Origin: an uncultured Candidatus Thioglobus sp.
GTDB taxonomy: Bacteria > Pseudomonadota > Gammaproteobacteria > PS1 > Pseudothioglobaceae
Direction of reading: 5' to 3'
NCBI GenBank assembly: GCA_964516395.1
Contig: CAZEYU010000004.1
Coordinates: forward strand, 1,348-65,347
DNA length: 64,000 nucleotides
Shown one piece after another: positions 10,868 through 20,090 of this stretch. Positions within the stretch are counted from its first letter, which is position 1. Every line of letters starts with the position of its first letter. A program made the position numbers and the translations under genes. The notes beneath the pieces were generated by a model, which saw only the letters and a list, made by a program, of their open reading frames with translations, made no database searches and was not told where the DNA came from.

Positions 10868-11296
10868 TTAATCCTTGTTTATGTTATGACAAAAATGCCC
10901 ATCGTCGGGATTTTCTACACTTTTTGCAATGTTGTCTACAAAAGCCTGTAATTCGTCAAATTCTAACACAGTTAGGATTTTAGTAACCACATCAGGAGCA
11001 ACTCTTAATGTGCATGTTGACCCGTCTTTAAGTTTAACCTCCATGCCGGCAGCATTTATCATTAAGTTATCATCTGTTTGTTCTAACAACCGCTCTAATT
11101 CGTCTTGAAGCTCGTCATATAAACCTTGCAATTCATTCAATATTATTTGAGGTGTTTCATCATCAATAGAGATGATTTCACCTTGGATCGATCCAAAGTC
11201 TTCATCATCTTCACATTTAAATCCTATTCCCATCTTTGTTAAATGGTTTTTGAATTTGCCTGAGAGTGTTGAATTGAAAAATATATAATCTAGCAT
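10868..11296 (-). CDS. Acidic hypothetical protein
   Basis: 142-aa ORF ending 2 bp upstream of sqr; C-terminal HFCH. Confidence 0.7.
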   Translation of the reverse strand: MLDYIFFNSTLSGKFKNHLTKMGIGFKCEDDEDFGSIQGEIISIDDETPQIILNELQGLYDELQDELERLLEQTDDNLMINAAGMEVKLKDGSTCTLRVAPDVVTKILTVLEFDELQAFVDNIAKSVENPDDGHFCHNINKD

Positions 11297-11326
11297 TATT
11301 CCATTAAATTTTTTAAGGATATTTTA

Positions 11327-11908
11327 ATGCTAGATCAAGACGCTTTAAACACTTTATTTATTAATGCTAGAAGTCATAATGGCTGGCTTGACTCAGACAT
11401 ATCAAATGAGCAGCTTCAGCAAATTTACGAACTGATGAAATTTGGACCAACAGCGGCCAACAATTGCCCGGCTCGTATTACGTTCGTAAAATCAGACGAA
11501 GGCAAACAAAGACTAAAAGCGCATCTCGATGAAGGCAATATAGATAAATCTATGAGTGCGCCAGTAGTGGCAATTATTAGTTATGACACTGAATTTTATG
11601 AAAAACTGCCATTTTTATTCCCACATACCGACGCTAGAAGTTGGTACGCTGGCAACCCAGAAAAGATTAAATCAGCTGGAGAGATGAATGCAACACTACA
11701 AGGCGCTTACTTCATGCTGGCTGCACGCTCAATTGGACTAGATTGTGGTCCAATGGGTGGATTCAATAATCAAACATTAGATGAAGATTTTTTTCCAAAC
11801 GGCAAAACGAAATCAATCTTTATTTGCGCACTTGGCCAAGGTGATGAGACTAAAATTTATCCGCGCGGACCCCGCTTAAGCTTTAACGAAGCCTGTGAGA
11901 TTGTTTAA
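11327..11908 (+). CDS. rutE: RutE/HadB-like nitroreductase-family protein
   Basis: ARSHNGW, GPTAANNCPAR, LQGAYFMLAARSIGLDCGPMGGF, PRLSF. Confidence 0.85.
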   Translation: MLDQDALNTLFINARSHNGWLDSDISNEQLQQIYELMKFGPTAANNCPARITFVKSDEGKQRLKAHLDEGNIDKSMSAPVVAIISYDTEFYEKLPFLFPHTDARSWYAGNPEKIKSAGEMNATLQGAYFMLAARSIGLDCGPMGGFNNQTLDEDFFPNGKTKSIFICALGQGDETKIYPRGPRLSFNEACEIV

Positions 11909-12046
11909 AAATTTGTGAAATTTTGAATATGTGCCATAAAAATAGCCTTTTTTAAATGCAAAACCCCATAAAAGACCGAAAAATAGGCCTTTTATGGGGT
12001 TTTTTACCTTCTAGAGCAAGGATTTAGAAAAATTTGGCAAATTTTT
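11907..12046. repeat. Paired-box, phased A-tract element, copy 1
   Basis: AAAAATTTgtgAAATTTTG (11907) and AAAAATTTggcAAATTTTT (12028), starts 121 bp apart; A/T tracts about every 10 bp. Confidence 0.65.
11960..12005. terminator. Probable bidirectional intrinsic terminator
   Basis: AAAACCCCATAAAAG...CTTTTATGGGGTTTT hairpin between convergent genes. Confidence 0.7.
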
Positions 12047-12075
12047 ATAAATGACACATAAGTACCAAATTTAAT

Positions 12076-12312
12076 TTATTCTTTATCTGTTTTTTCACTC
12101 TGCTCTCTTGGCGGGCAGCCATTATGCTTAAGCCACAAATCTTCATGACCAATGGCTTTAGCAAAGGCTGGAATTTCACATTCCTCTGCAGTTTTTTCAA
12201 CTACGTCTGACGCTTTAGCCTCTTTGTCATCATCACCCAAACCAAAAACCGCAAATGCACCCAATGCGATCATTGTCCAAGATATGGCAAATAAAACTCT
12301 AATTCCTTTCAT
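12076..12312 (-). CDS. Small membrane-anchored hypothetical protein with a Cys/His motif
   Basis: N-terminal hydrophobic helix; CEIPAFAKAIGHEDLWLKHNGCP; AAGGA RBS upstream. Confidence 0.7.
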   Translation of the reverse strand: MKGIRVLFAISWTMIALGAFAVFGLGDDDKEAKASDVVEKTAEECEIPAFAKAIGHEDLWLKHNGCPPREQSEKTDKE

Positions 12313-12330
12313 ACTTTATCCTTTTATTAA

Positions 12331-13242
12331 TTAATAATCAAATTCCATCTGCTCAAATACCCATTGTGCATTCTTACCAGCAATGTCCTGATGACCACTT
12401 AAAAAATGAAATTCACTTTGATCAATTTTACTCGCCTCTAACATGTCACCATCATTTTCTAAAATATTAGAAATTTTCTTAATTAAGAATTTTAGGTACT
12501 GCTGAGTGTTTTTGGTTGCTGTGGCTAGATCAGATGCCTTGCCATGGCCTGGGACAATATGCTGCGGTTTAAATTCAGCCATTTTTTCAAATGCATCTAC
12601 CCAGCTTTGGGCATTTTTTGCAGGGCCAATACCCAGCATTCTGTCATTAAATACCACATCACCGGTAAACATGGTTTGAGTACTTGGCATCCAAATAACG
12701 ATATCACCCACAGTATGTGCCGGGCCAAAATGATACAACTCTAGATCAACACCGCCCAATGAAAGCTTCATTTTTTCATCAAAAGTGTCGGTTGAGTAAA
12801 AAGGCACAGTACCATCAAGACTCTCATGAATAAGCCCGCCCAATCTATTTAAATGGTAATCCGTTCTTGCCTTTTGATCTTGGTGGGTTTTTGACGAGGA
12901 TATGATCCTAGCACCGAGTTGTTGAAAATAATCATTGCCTAGCCAGCGATGATCTTGACCACCGGAATTAATAATAATTTTGATTGGCTTGTTAGTAATG
13001 GTTTGAATGGTTTCATGAAGCTCTTTAGCACCCAAATAACTTGCACCTGAGTCAATTAAAATCACGCCTTCGCTAGTAATAATAACGCCGTGCGTTGAGT
13101 TGTTGCCAAAATTTGTTGGCGATCTTTGAGTGGTTTCACCCTCCAAAGAATAAACATTATCAGTAACTTTTTGCACATGAGGTGCTGCTTGCGCTATTGC
13201 CATATTAGCAATTAATATTAGAAATATGCTTATTTTTTTCAT
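12331..13242 (-). CDS. Exported MBL-fold metallo-hydrolase, SoxH-like
   Basis: Signal peptide; LIDSG, GGQDHRWLGN, AHTVGD, FTGD, VPGHG. Confidence 0.8.
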   Translation of the reverse strand: MKKISIFLILIANMAIAQAAPHVQKVTDNVYSLEGETTQRSPTNFGNNSTHGVIITSEGVILIDSGASYLGAKELHETIQTITNKPIKIIINSGGQDHRWLGNDYFQQLGARIISSSKTHQDQKARTDYHLNRLGGLIHESLDGTVPFYSTDTFDEKMKLSLGGVDLELYHFGPAHTVGDIVIWMPSTQTMFTGDVVFNDRMLGIGPAKNAQSWVDAFEKMAEFKPQHIVPGHGKASDLATATKNTQQYLKFLIKKISNILENDGDMLEASKIDQSEFHFLSGHQDIAGKNAQWVFEQMEFDY

Positions 13243-13243
13243 C

Positions 13244-13864
13244 TTAGTCTCCAAAAATTAAAAATTTAATAATGCCACCAAATGCCAAGTAAAACAGCGC
13301 AACTAACGACAAAGCAAACACAGTTTTTTGCATTAAATTCAAAGATTGAATTTGATCTCTACCTCTAGTTAAATCACACGCCTCACCGGGACAGTGCTTA
13401 ACTTTTTCATCATGTACCAGGTTATAAATTTTACATCCGGCACAAATACCAAAAACTGCCTCAAAAAATAAAAGCCCTAAACAGAGTGCACAAGTAAGAA
13501 TATTAATCGGGCCACGAATCTCATTTAACACCACCAGGTAAAACATGACAGCCGCTAAAGTAAAGCCAATACTCCAAGCCCATCTTTTAGGTTTAGCGTC
13601 CGTATATTCTGGCTTTTGATTATTGACCATCCAACGCCCAAGCACCATCGATGGTGCATATTTAGGACTGATGAAAATTCGAATGAAAAAATCAAACAAA
13701 AATACTGACACCATGAGTTTAGTCGGCTCATTATTACCGGTTAAAAAACCATTCATAAACGCCATAAAAGCAAAGAAAAATACAATTCCTGCTGCTGCTC
13801 TTACCTCACGCTCATTAAACATGAGACCGTCATAGCCTTCAACTCTCTCCCCAAATGTAAACAT
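13244..13864 (-). CDS. DUF4395-family membrane protein
   Basis: NEREVRAAAG, PKRWAW, FEAVFGICAGC. Confidence 0.75.
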   Translation of the reverse strand: MFTFGERVEGYDGLMFNEREVRAAAGIVFFFAFMAFMNGFLTGNNEPTKLMVSVFLFDFFIRIFISPKYAPSMVLGRWMVNNQKPEYTDAKPKRWAWSIGFTLAAVMFYLVVLNEIRGPINILTCALCLGLLFFEAVFGICAGCKIYNLVHDEKVKHCPGEACDLTRGRDQIQSLNLMQKTVFALSLVALFYLAFGGIIKFLIFGD

Positions 13865-13925
13865 AATTTATTTTGTAATTCTCAATGCGCTCAATCATAC
13901 CCAAGTCGCAAAAAAAAAGCGGTTT

Positions 13926-15110
13926 TTATACCACCTGCCCTGCCGCCCAGCCTGACGACCATGCCCATTGGAAGTTATAACCACCCAGCCAACCTGTTAC
14001 ATCTACGGTTTCACCAATAAAGTATAGTCCGGGCCGTTTGGTTGAGCACATGGTTTTAGAAGAGAGTTCATTAGTATCCACCCCACCGGTACACACCTCT
14101 GCAGTGCGCATACCTTCAGTGCCACTTGGAGTAAGCACCCAATTGTTTAAGGCGTGTGCAAACTCTTTTAGATCTGTTTGTTTAATTTCACCCAAGGTTT
14201 TTTCAGATAAATCAACTGCAATTAGCGTTTGCGAAAAACGAAGTGCCAAGCGCTTGGAAAAATATTCACTTAAAATATTTTTAAGTGCTGTTGTGCCTTT
14301 GTCTTGTTGCACCGTTAATAATAGCTCCGTGGCATCAAGCCCTGGCAAAAGATCAATGATAATTGGATCATTCTTTTTCCAATAAGAAGATATTTGCAAA
14401 ACCACAGGGCCGCTAATACCTCGATGAGTAATCAGTGCCATTTCCTTAAAACTTTGGCCATTACAGCTCATAACCACTTCTAATGACAAGCCAGATAAGT
14501 CTTTAAAATACCTATCAATATCTGTTTGCAAGAAAGTGAAAGGCACCAGTGCAGGTTTAAAAGGAATGGACTTAAGTCCAAATTGTTTAGCAACTTTTAG
14601 ACCAAAATCTGTGGATCCCATTTTAGGAATGCTCGGCCCACCTGTGGCAACAACTAAAGACTCAGCCTGAAACTCTCCTTGAGTTGACTTAATTAGATAA
14701 TTTTTATCAAACTCAATCTTGTCAATTTCGATATTAAACAACATATCTACCTCACTGCACTCACTCAATAACATATTAAGCACAGCGGGAGATTTTTGAT
14801 CACAAAATAATTGCCCTAATGTTTTTTCACTCCAACTTAGCTGATGAGACTCAAGTTTAGCAATAAAATCCCATTGGCTATAACGTGACAAAGCTGATTT
14901 GCAAAAGTGAGGATTGTTTGAAAGATAAGCCTCTGGCTCAATAAAAAGATTGGTAAAGTTGCAACGACCACCGCCAGAAATAAGAATTTTTTTTCCAGCC
15001 TTGTCGGCTTTATCTAAAATTACTACACGTCGTCCACGCTTTTTAGCTTCTATAGCGCATGCTAATCCTGCAGCACCTGCACCAATAATAATGACGTCGT
15101 ATAGCTTCAA
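13926..15110 (-). CDS. HI0933/YhiN/BaiN-family flavoprotein
   Basis: GAGAAG, GKKILISGGGRCNFTN, AEVCTGGV, GWLGGYNFQWAWSSG. Confidence 0.92.
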   Translation of the reverse strand: MKLYDVIIIGAGAAGLACAIEAKKRGRRVVILDKADKAGKKILISGGGRCNFTNLFIEPEAYLSNNPHFCKSALSRYSQWDFIAKLESHQLSWSEKTLGQLFCDQKSPAVLNMLLSECSEVDMLFNIEIDKIEFDKNYLIKSTQGEFQAESLVVATGGPSIPKMGSTDFGLKVAKQFGLKSIPFKPALVPFTFLQTDIDRYFKDLSGLSLEVVMSCNGQSFKEMALITHRGISGPVVLQISSYWKKNDPIIIDLLPGLDATELLLTVQQDKGTTALKNILSEYFSKRLALRFSQTLIAVDLSEKTLGEIKQTDLKEFAHALNNWVLTPSGTEGMRTAEVCTGGVDTNELSSKTMCSTKRPGLYFIGETVDVTGWLGGYNFQWAWSSGWAAGQVV

Positions 15111-16351
15111 AGCAAGTCTTTAATGGTATTGACGACTGATGGAGAGTCCCATTCTAGTGCACCACGGTAACCATAACGAATCACCCCGTTTTTATCCAGT
15201 AAAAAATTAGACGGATAAGCATACACTCCCCAATCTTTAACCGCCTCTCCAGAACTATCCAGTAAGATTAATAACTCAAAACCAACTTTTTTCTTAAATT
15301 CTGTAATTTCATTGATGGATTCGCCAACATTAACAGTAATAATTTCAAATTCATTTTTGCTAAATTTTTCACTCAGCCTGACCAAGGAAGGAATTTCTTT
15401 AACGCAAGGCTTGCACCAACTTGCCCAGAAATTAATCAGCACGACTTTGTCTTTAAAATCTTTGAGTGATATTTTTTTGCCGACAAGGTCTTTTAAGTTA
15501 AGATCAATATTACGCTTACCCTTGTATGGTGTTAACTTAGGATCGCTGAATATGTAATTTGACTCTGGCTCTCTATGCTTTAATAATGTCAATAACAAAG
15601 GAGGATCAACACTTGATAATAAATTAGAGGCCTGAATGTAAGTATCATCAAGATTATCTCTTGCTACCATATCAGCCTTTGATAAATCACTCTCATTGCG
15701 CATATGAAACCCACCGTGCACACCCTTAAATCGATGAACAAATACTGAACTACCGCCTGTTTCTAACGTATTTGTAATTTCTTGCGTGCGAAAGTATTTA
15801 GTTCCATATTGTGGCATTAATAGATATACAGGTAGATTGCTAGATTTAGCAATATCTACATAATCAGCCTTATTTCCTAATCTTGGCTTGCCTTGAATCA
15901 AATGTGGAGAATGAAAAATATGGCCCTTGATATAATCAGAATCTGGGTACTTCAATTGCCACTGACGCGCCACTTTCAAGGCTAGTTGAGAGCCTCTTCC
16001 TGAAGTAATAAAAAATAACTTTTTAAACCCTTGTTGCTCTGTAAAGTAAACCAACTCTGTCAAGTCATCAATATCAAATTTATCAATACTACTGCGGTGT
16101 TTTGGCACCATATAACTTGAGTGTAAATCTAGCGCCCAAACATCATAACCAGAAAAAGCTAATTGTTGTGCCGTGGGTACATAGCCTTTGCCAAATCCTC
16201 GCTCTGATGGAAGGTATAAATATAGCGTTTCACCATCAGCCTTAAACGTATCAATGCTAATAACTTCATTCGAGCTTAGTTCAACCTCTATTCGTTCACC
16301 AGCAAAAATAACTGATGGCAATAAAATTAAAGCTAAAAATAGTTGCTTCAT
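15107..16351 (-). CDS. Exported fusion of an alpha/beta-fold-like domain and a C-terminal TlpA thioredoxin
   Basis: Signal peptide; C-terminal domain KVVLINFWASWCKPCVKEIP...AYPSNF; N-terminal domain homologous to 5096..5848. Confidence 0.82.
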   Translation of the reverse strand: MKQLFLALILLPSVIFAGERIEVELSSNEVISIDTFKADGETLYLYLPSERGFGKGYVPTAQQLAFSGYDVWALDLHSSYMVPKHRSSIDKFDIDDLTELVYFTEQQGFKKLFFITSGRGSQLALKVARQWQLKYPDSDYIKGHIFHSPHLIQGKPRLGNKADYVDIAKSSNLPVYLLMPQYGTKYFRTQEITNTLETGGSSVFVHRFKGVHGGFHMRNESDLSKADMVARDNLDDTYIQASNLLSSVDPPLLLTLLKHREPESNYIFSDPKLTPYKGKRNIDLNLKDLVGKKISLKDFKDKVVLINFWASWCKPCVKEIPSLVRLSEKFSKNEFEIITVNVGESINEITEFKKKVGFELLILLDSSGEAVKDWGVYAYPSNFLLDKNGVIRYGYRGALEWDSPSVVNTIKDLL

Positions 16352-16362
16352 TAATTGTTATA

Positions 16363-16635
16363 TTATTTTTTATACCCACTTGATGGGTACATATCCAAAA
16401 TGTAATACAAAATTACGCCCTCAGAGGATCTTGATGGACCTAATACTTTTGCAGCATATAAATGATTTTCAGGATCTGAGTTTTCAATGGCTTTTTCCAT
16501 GCTTTCAACAATTTCAACATTGTTAGCGGGTACACGCTCACGTTTAATACGTGGAATTCTTACAATCGCAAATTCCTCTTTAACAACTTTAACACTCGGA
16601 TGAGGGTCTAATGAATAACCATTAACCATTGTCAA
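16363..16635 (-). CDS. Hypothetical protein
   Basis: 90-aa ORF packed between yciI and the TlpA fusion; start ambiguous (16635 or 16629). Confidence 0.65.
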   Translation of the reverse strand: MTMVNGYSLDPHPSVKVVKEEFAIVRIPRIKRERVPANNVEIVESMEKAIENSDPENHLYAAKVLGPSRSSEGVILYYILDMYPSSGYKK

Positions 16636-16638
16636 AAG

Positions 16639-16938
16639 CTAAGGGAGTACTTTTTTAAATGGCTTAACAATAACACTTTTGTAAGCGCCTGATGCCATAT
16701 AAGGATCTGCATCTGCCCAATCTTGAGCATCTTCAAGACAATCAAATTCTGCAACAACTAATGAGCCAGTAAAGCCTGCTTCACCCGGTTCATTATTATC
16801 AATAGCTGGATGAGGCCCTGCTAAGATTAACCGACCTTCACTTTTTAAATTATTCAAGCGCTCAATATGCGCTGGTCGAACTGACATTCTTTTTTCCAAT
16901 GAATTCTCAACATCTTGTGAAATAACTGCATATAACAT
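16639..16938 (-). CDS. yciI: YciI-family protein
   Basis: [25 protein letters not shown]. Confidence 0.92.
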   Translation of the reverse strand: MLYAVISQDVENSLEKRMSVRPAHIERLNNLKSEGRLILAGPHPAIDNNEPGEAGFTGSLVVAEFDCLEDAQDWADADPYMASGAYKSVIVKPFKKVLP

Positions 16939-16949
16939 TTACAAACCTC

Positions 16950-17681
<732 letters not shown>

Positions 17682-18056
17682 TTATTTACTCTCCAGTTGA
17701 TAAGGAATAACAACATCTTTAATATTTTCTGGAAAATCTTTAAAGTTCCTTGTAATTAAAGCTGCTTTATTTGCCCTTGCTGTTGCCAAGATAATCGCAT
17801 CGGGCAATTTAATTTTTAACGCCGTTCTAATTTTGACAACATCATCTGTTATTTTCTCATCAAAATTAAATATCTGAAAACTATTTAAAAAATCTTCAAC
17901 AGACTTCTTGTGGCTTTCTTCAACGCCAACCATTACTTCCATATAGCTAATAACACTAATGGCAATCTGGTCATACTTTTCAATTTCGTTTTTTGCCTTA
18001 TGCTCGCCATTCAAATAATCAATTAGAATATTTGTATCAAAAAGCGCTATCACCAC
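17682..18056 (-). CDS. vapC: PIN-domain toxin (VapC)
   Basis: FDTNILID, SYMEV, LPDAIILATA, LITRNFKDF. Confidence 0.9.
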   Translation of the reverse strand: MVIALFDTNILIDYLNGEHKAKNEIEKYDQIAISVISYMEVMVGVEESHKKSVEDFLNSFQIFNFDEKITDDVVKIRTALKIKLPDAIILATARANKAALITRNFKDFPENIKDVVIPYQLESK

Positions 18057-18271
18057 TCCTGCCTTAATTTATCTTGAAAAATAATGCCATCAGTTTGATC
18101 TTTTTTATACAATCCAAATGCTTGTCTTAATTGTTTTTTATTTTCAGGCTTATGAACAACCAAATCAACCAATGGTAGATTGTTTTTTGCAATGGTAATT
18201 TTTTCACCCTTGTATGCTAAATTGACTAATTTTGATAAATTTGTTTTTGCTTCAGATACATTAATTAACAT
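18050..18271 (-). CDS. Phd/YefM-family antitoxin
   Basis: INVSEAKTNLSKLV...GEKITIAK; directly upstream of and overlapping vapC. Confidence 0.88.
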   Translation of the reverse strand: MLINVSEAKTNLSKLVNLAYKGEKITIAKNNLPLVDLVVHKPENKKQLRQAFGLYKKDQTDGIIFQDKLRQEW

Positions 18272-18300
18272 TATTTACTCCCAACTATTTGACTCTTATT

Positions 18301-18337
18301 TTGACCAAAGTATACCAAAGTTGGTCTAGTTGGTCAA
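18301..18337 (-). promoter_or_regulatory. Sigma70 promoter of the TA operon, embedded in a palindromic operator
   Basis: Minus strand reads TTGACC-17 bp-TATACT with an extended -10 TG; inverted TTGACCAA(18301)/TTGGTCAA(18330) plus inner ACCAA/TTGGT copies. Confidence 0.75.
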
Positions 18338-19162
18338 CTTTTGTCGTAAATAGACTGGATATTTAAATTTACCTTTTTTGGTAAATCCATAATACTTAAA
18401 AGTAATTTCACTGCCGATAGCAGGTGGATCATTTCTATCTTTATCTTTAAACCCTGAGCCAATCTTTACCTGCTTGCCCTCTTGTGTTTGGCAAAGTACG
18501 GAGCCCATCATGTTTTGGTATTTTCCTTTGCCAGGTAATATTTCCAATACCTTGCACTCGGTATCAAAATATTTTTTAACTTTTAATGCTGAGGACAACC
18601 GACCTGTTTGATATAAAGTTTCTGGATTTCGAACAACAACACCTTCACCCTTGTTCTTTGTTACTTCTTCTAGGAAATCAGACAGTTGGGTCTTGTTGTT
18701 AATTTTTACTTGAGGAATAACTTTAATTGGCAAGTTAGGATTAGAAGCTAAAAACTCATGCAAAACTCCCAGCCTCTCCAGCAATCCGCCTGATTGATTA
18801 GGCACTTCAAAGATATTATGTGTTATATTTTTCCAGCGATCATCAGGATTTTTACTACGAACAATCGAGCTAATATTTTCAAAATCTGCTCGTTTAGTCC
18901 ACAACTCACCATCAATAGAAAATGACGGATAATTTGCAATGAACCATTTGGGTGGGTTTAGTTTATTTCCACCACGAGTTAACAACTCTTCACCCGTCCA
19001 AAAACCTCGAATACCATCGAGTTTTTCACTCATTACCCAGCCAACAACTTCTTTAGAGTCATCAAAGGTTTTTAGTAAAAATAAATCCGGCTTGTTTTTG
19101 GCAAAAACCGGTTGAGAAAATAACAGAAAAATTAAAGCTAATTTAACGCCAATTCTCAACAT
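18326..19162 (-). CDS. Minimal ATP-dependent DNA ligase with signal peptide (LigE type)
   Basis: SEKLDGIR (motif I), DGELW, EGVV, LKVK, OB-domain GSG...PVY; hydrophobic leader ending VFA. Confidence 0.9.
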   Translation of the reverse strand: MLRIGVKLALIFLLFSQPVFAKNKPDLFLLKTFDDSKEVVGWVMSEKLDGIRGFWTGEELLTRGGNKLNPPKWFIANYPSFSIDGELWTKRADFENISSIVRSKNPDDRWKNITHNIFEVPNQSGGLLERLGVLHEFLASNPNLPIKVIPQVKINNKTQLSDFLEEVTKNKGEGVVVRNPETLYQTGRLSSALKVKKYFDTECKVLEILPGKGKYQNMMGSVLCQTQEGKQVKIGSGFKDKDRNDPPAIGSEITFKYYGFTKKGKFKYPVYLRQKLTN

Positions 19163-19169
19163 ATGCAAA

Positions 19170-20003
19170 CTATAGACTGTCTTCTAAAAAGCCATTTTGT
19201 TTGGTGATATTATCAATATCTTGCAACGCTTTTAGCATGTCTGTCATTTTATGAATTGGAATCATATTAGGGCCATCACTCAGTGCATTTTCAGGATCTG
19301 GATGGGTTTCCATAAAAAATCCTGACACACCAACCGCTGCTGCTGCTCTTGCTAATACTGGAACCATCTCTCTTTGTCCACCAGAAGTAAGGCCATTACC
19401 ACCTGGTTGTTGTACTGAATGTGTTGCATCAAACACAACCGGCTGCCCTGTTGATCGCATGGTAGACAGACCGCGCATATCAGATACTAATGTGTTATAA
19501 CCAAATGAGGTGCCACGATCACAAATGGTAATTTGCTTGTTGCCAACTTCGAAAGCTTTATCAACAACATTTTGCATATCCCAAGGCGCTTGGAATTGGC
19601 CTTTTTTAATATTAACTGGAATACCTTGCTTGCAAACATTTTGAATAAAGTTAGTTTGACGCACTAAAAATGCTGGTGTTTGCATCATATCAACCACGTC
19701 TGCCACTTCATCAAGCGGTGTATCCTCATGCACATCTGTTAGTACTGGTAGGCCGATTTCATCTTTTACTTTTTGTAAAATTCGCAGACCTTCTTCAATA
19801 CCTAAACCCCTAAAACTACCTGTGCTAGAGCGATTAGCCTTATCATAAGAAGACTTATAAATAAAATTAATGCCTAACGCTTCAGTAACACTCTTCAAAT
19901 GTTCTGCTGTACCCAAAGCAAGCTCTTCAGATTCAATTACGCAAGGGCCCGCAATTAAGAAAAAAGGATGCTCTATGCCAACGTCAAAATCTAATAATTT
20001 CAT
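19170..20003 (-). CDS. kdsA: KDO-8-phosphate synthase
   Basis: [29 protein letters not shown]. Confidence 0.96.
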   Translation of the reverse strand: MKLLDFDVGIEHPFFLIAGPCVIESEELALGTAEHLKSVTEALGINFIYKSSYDKANRSSTGSFRGLGIEEGLRILQKVKDEIGLPVLTDVHEDTPLDEVADVVDMMQTPAFLVRQTNFIQNVCKQGIPVNIKKGQFQAPWDMQNVVDKAFEVGNKQITICDRGTSFGYNTLVSDMRGLSTMRSTGQPVVFDATHSVQQPGGNGLTSGGQREMVPVLARAAAAVGVSGFFMETHPDPENALSDGPNMIPIHKMTDMLKALQDIDNITKQNGFLEDSL

Positions 20004-20090
20004 AAAAGTTAATTGTTTAATAAATGATAAGGTCAATTATAAGCCAAACAATTCATTTAAAATGCATAGCATTCGGAAAAAATACAGACC

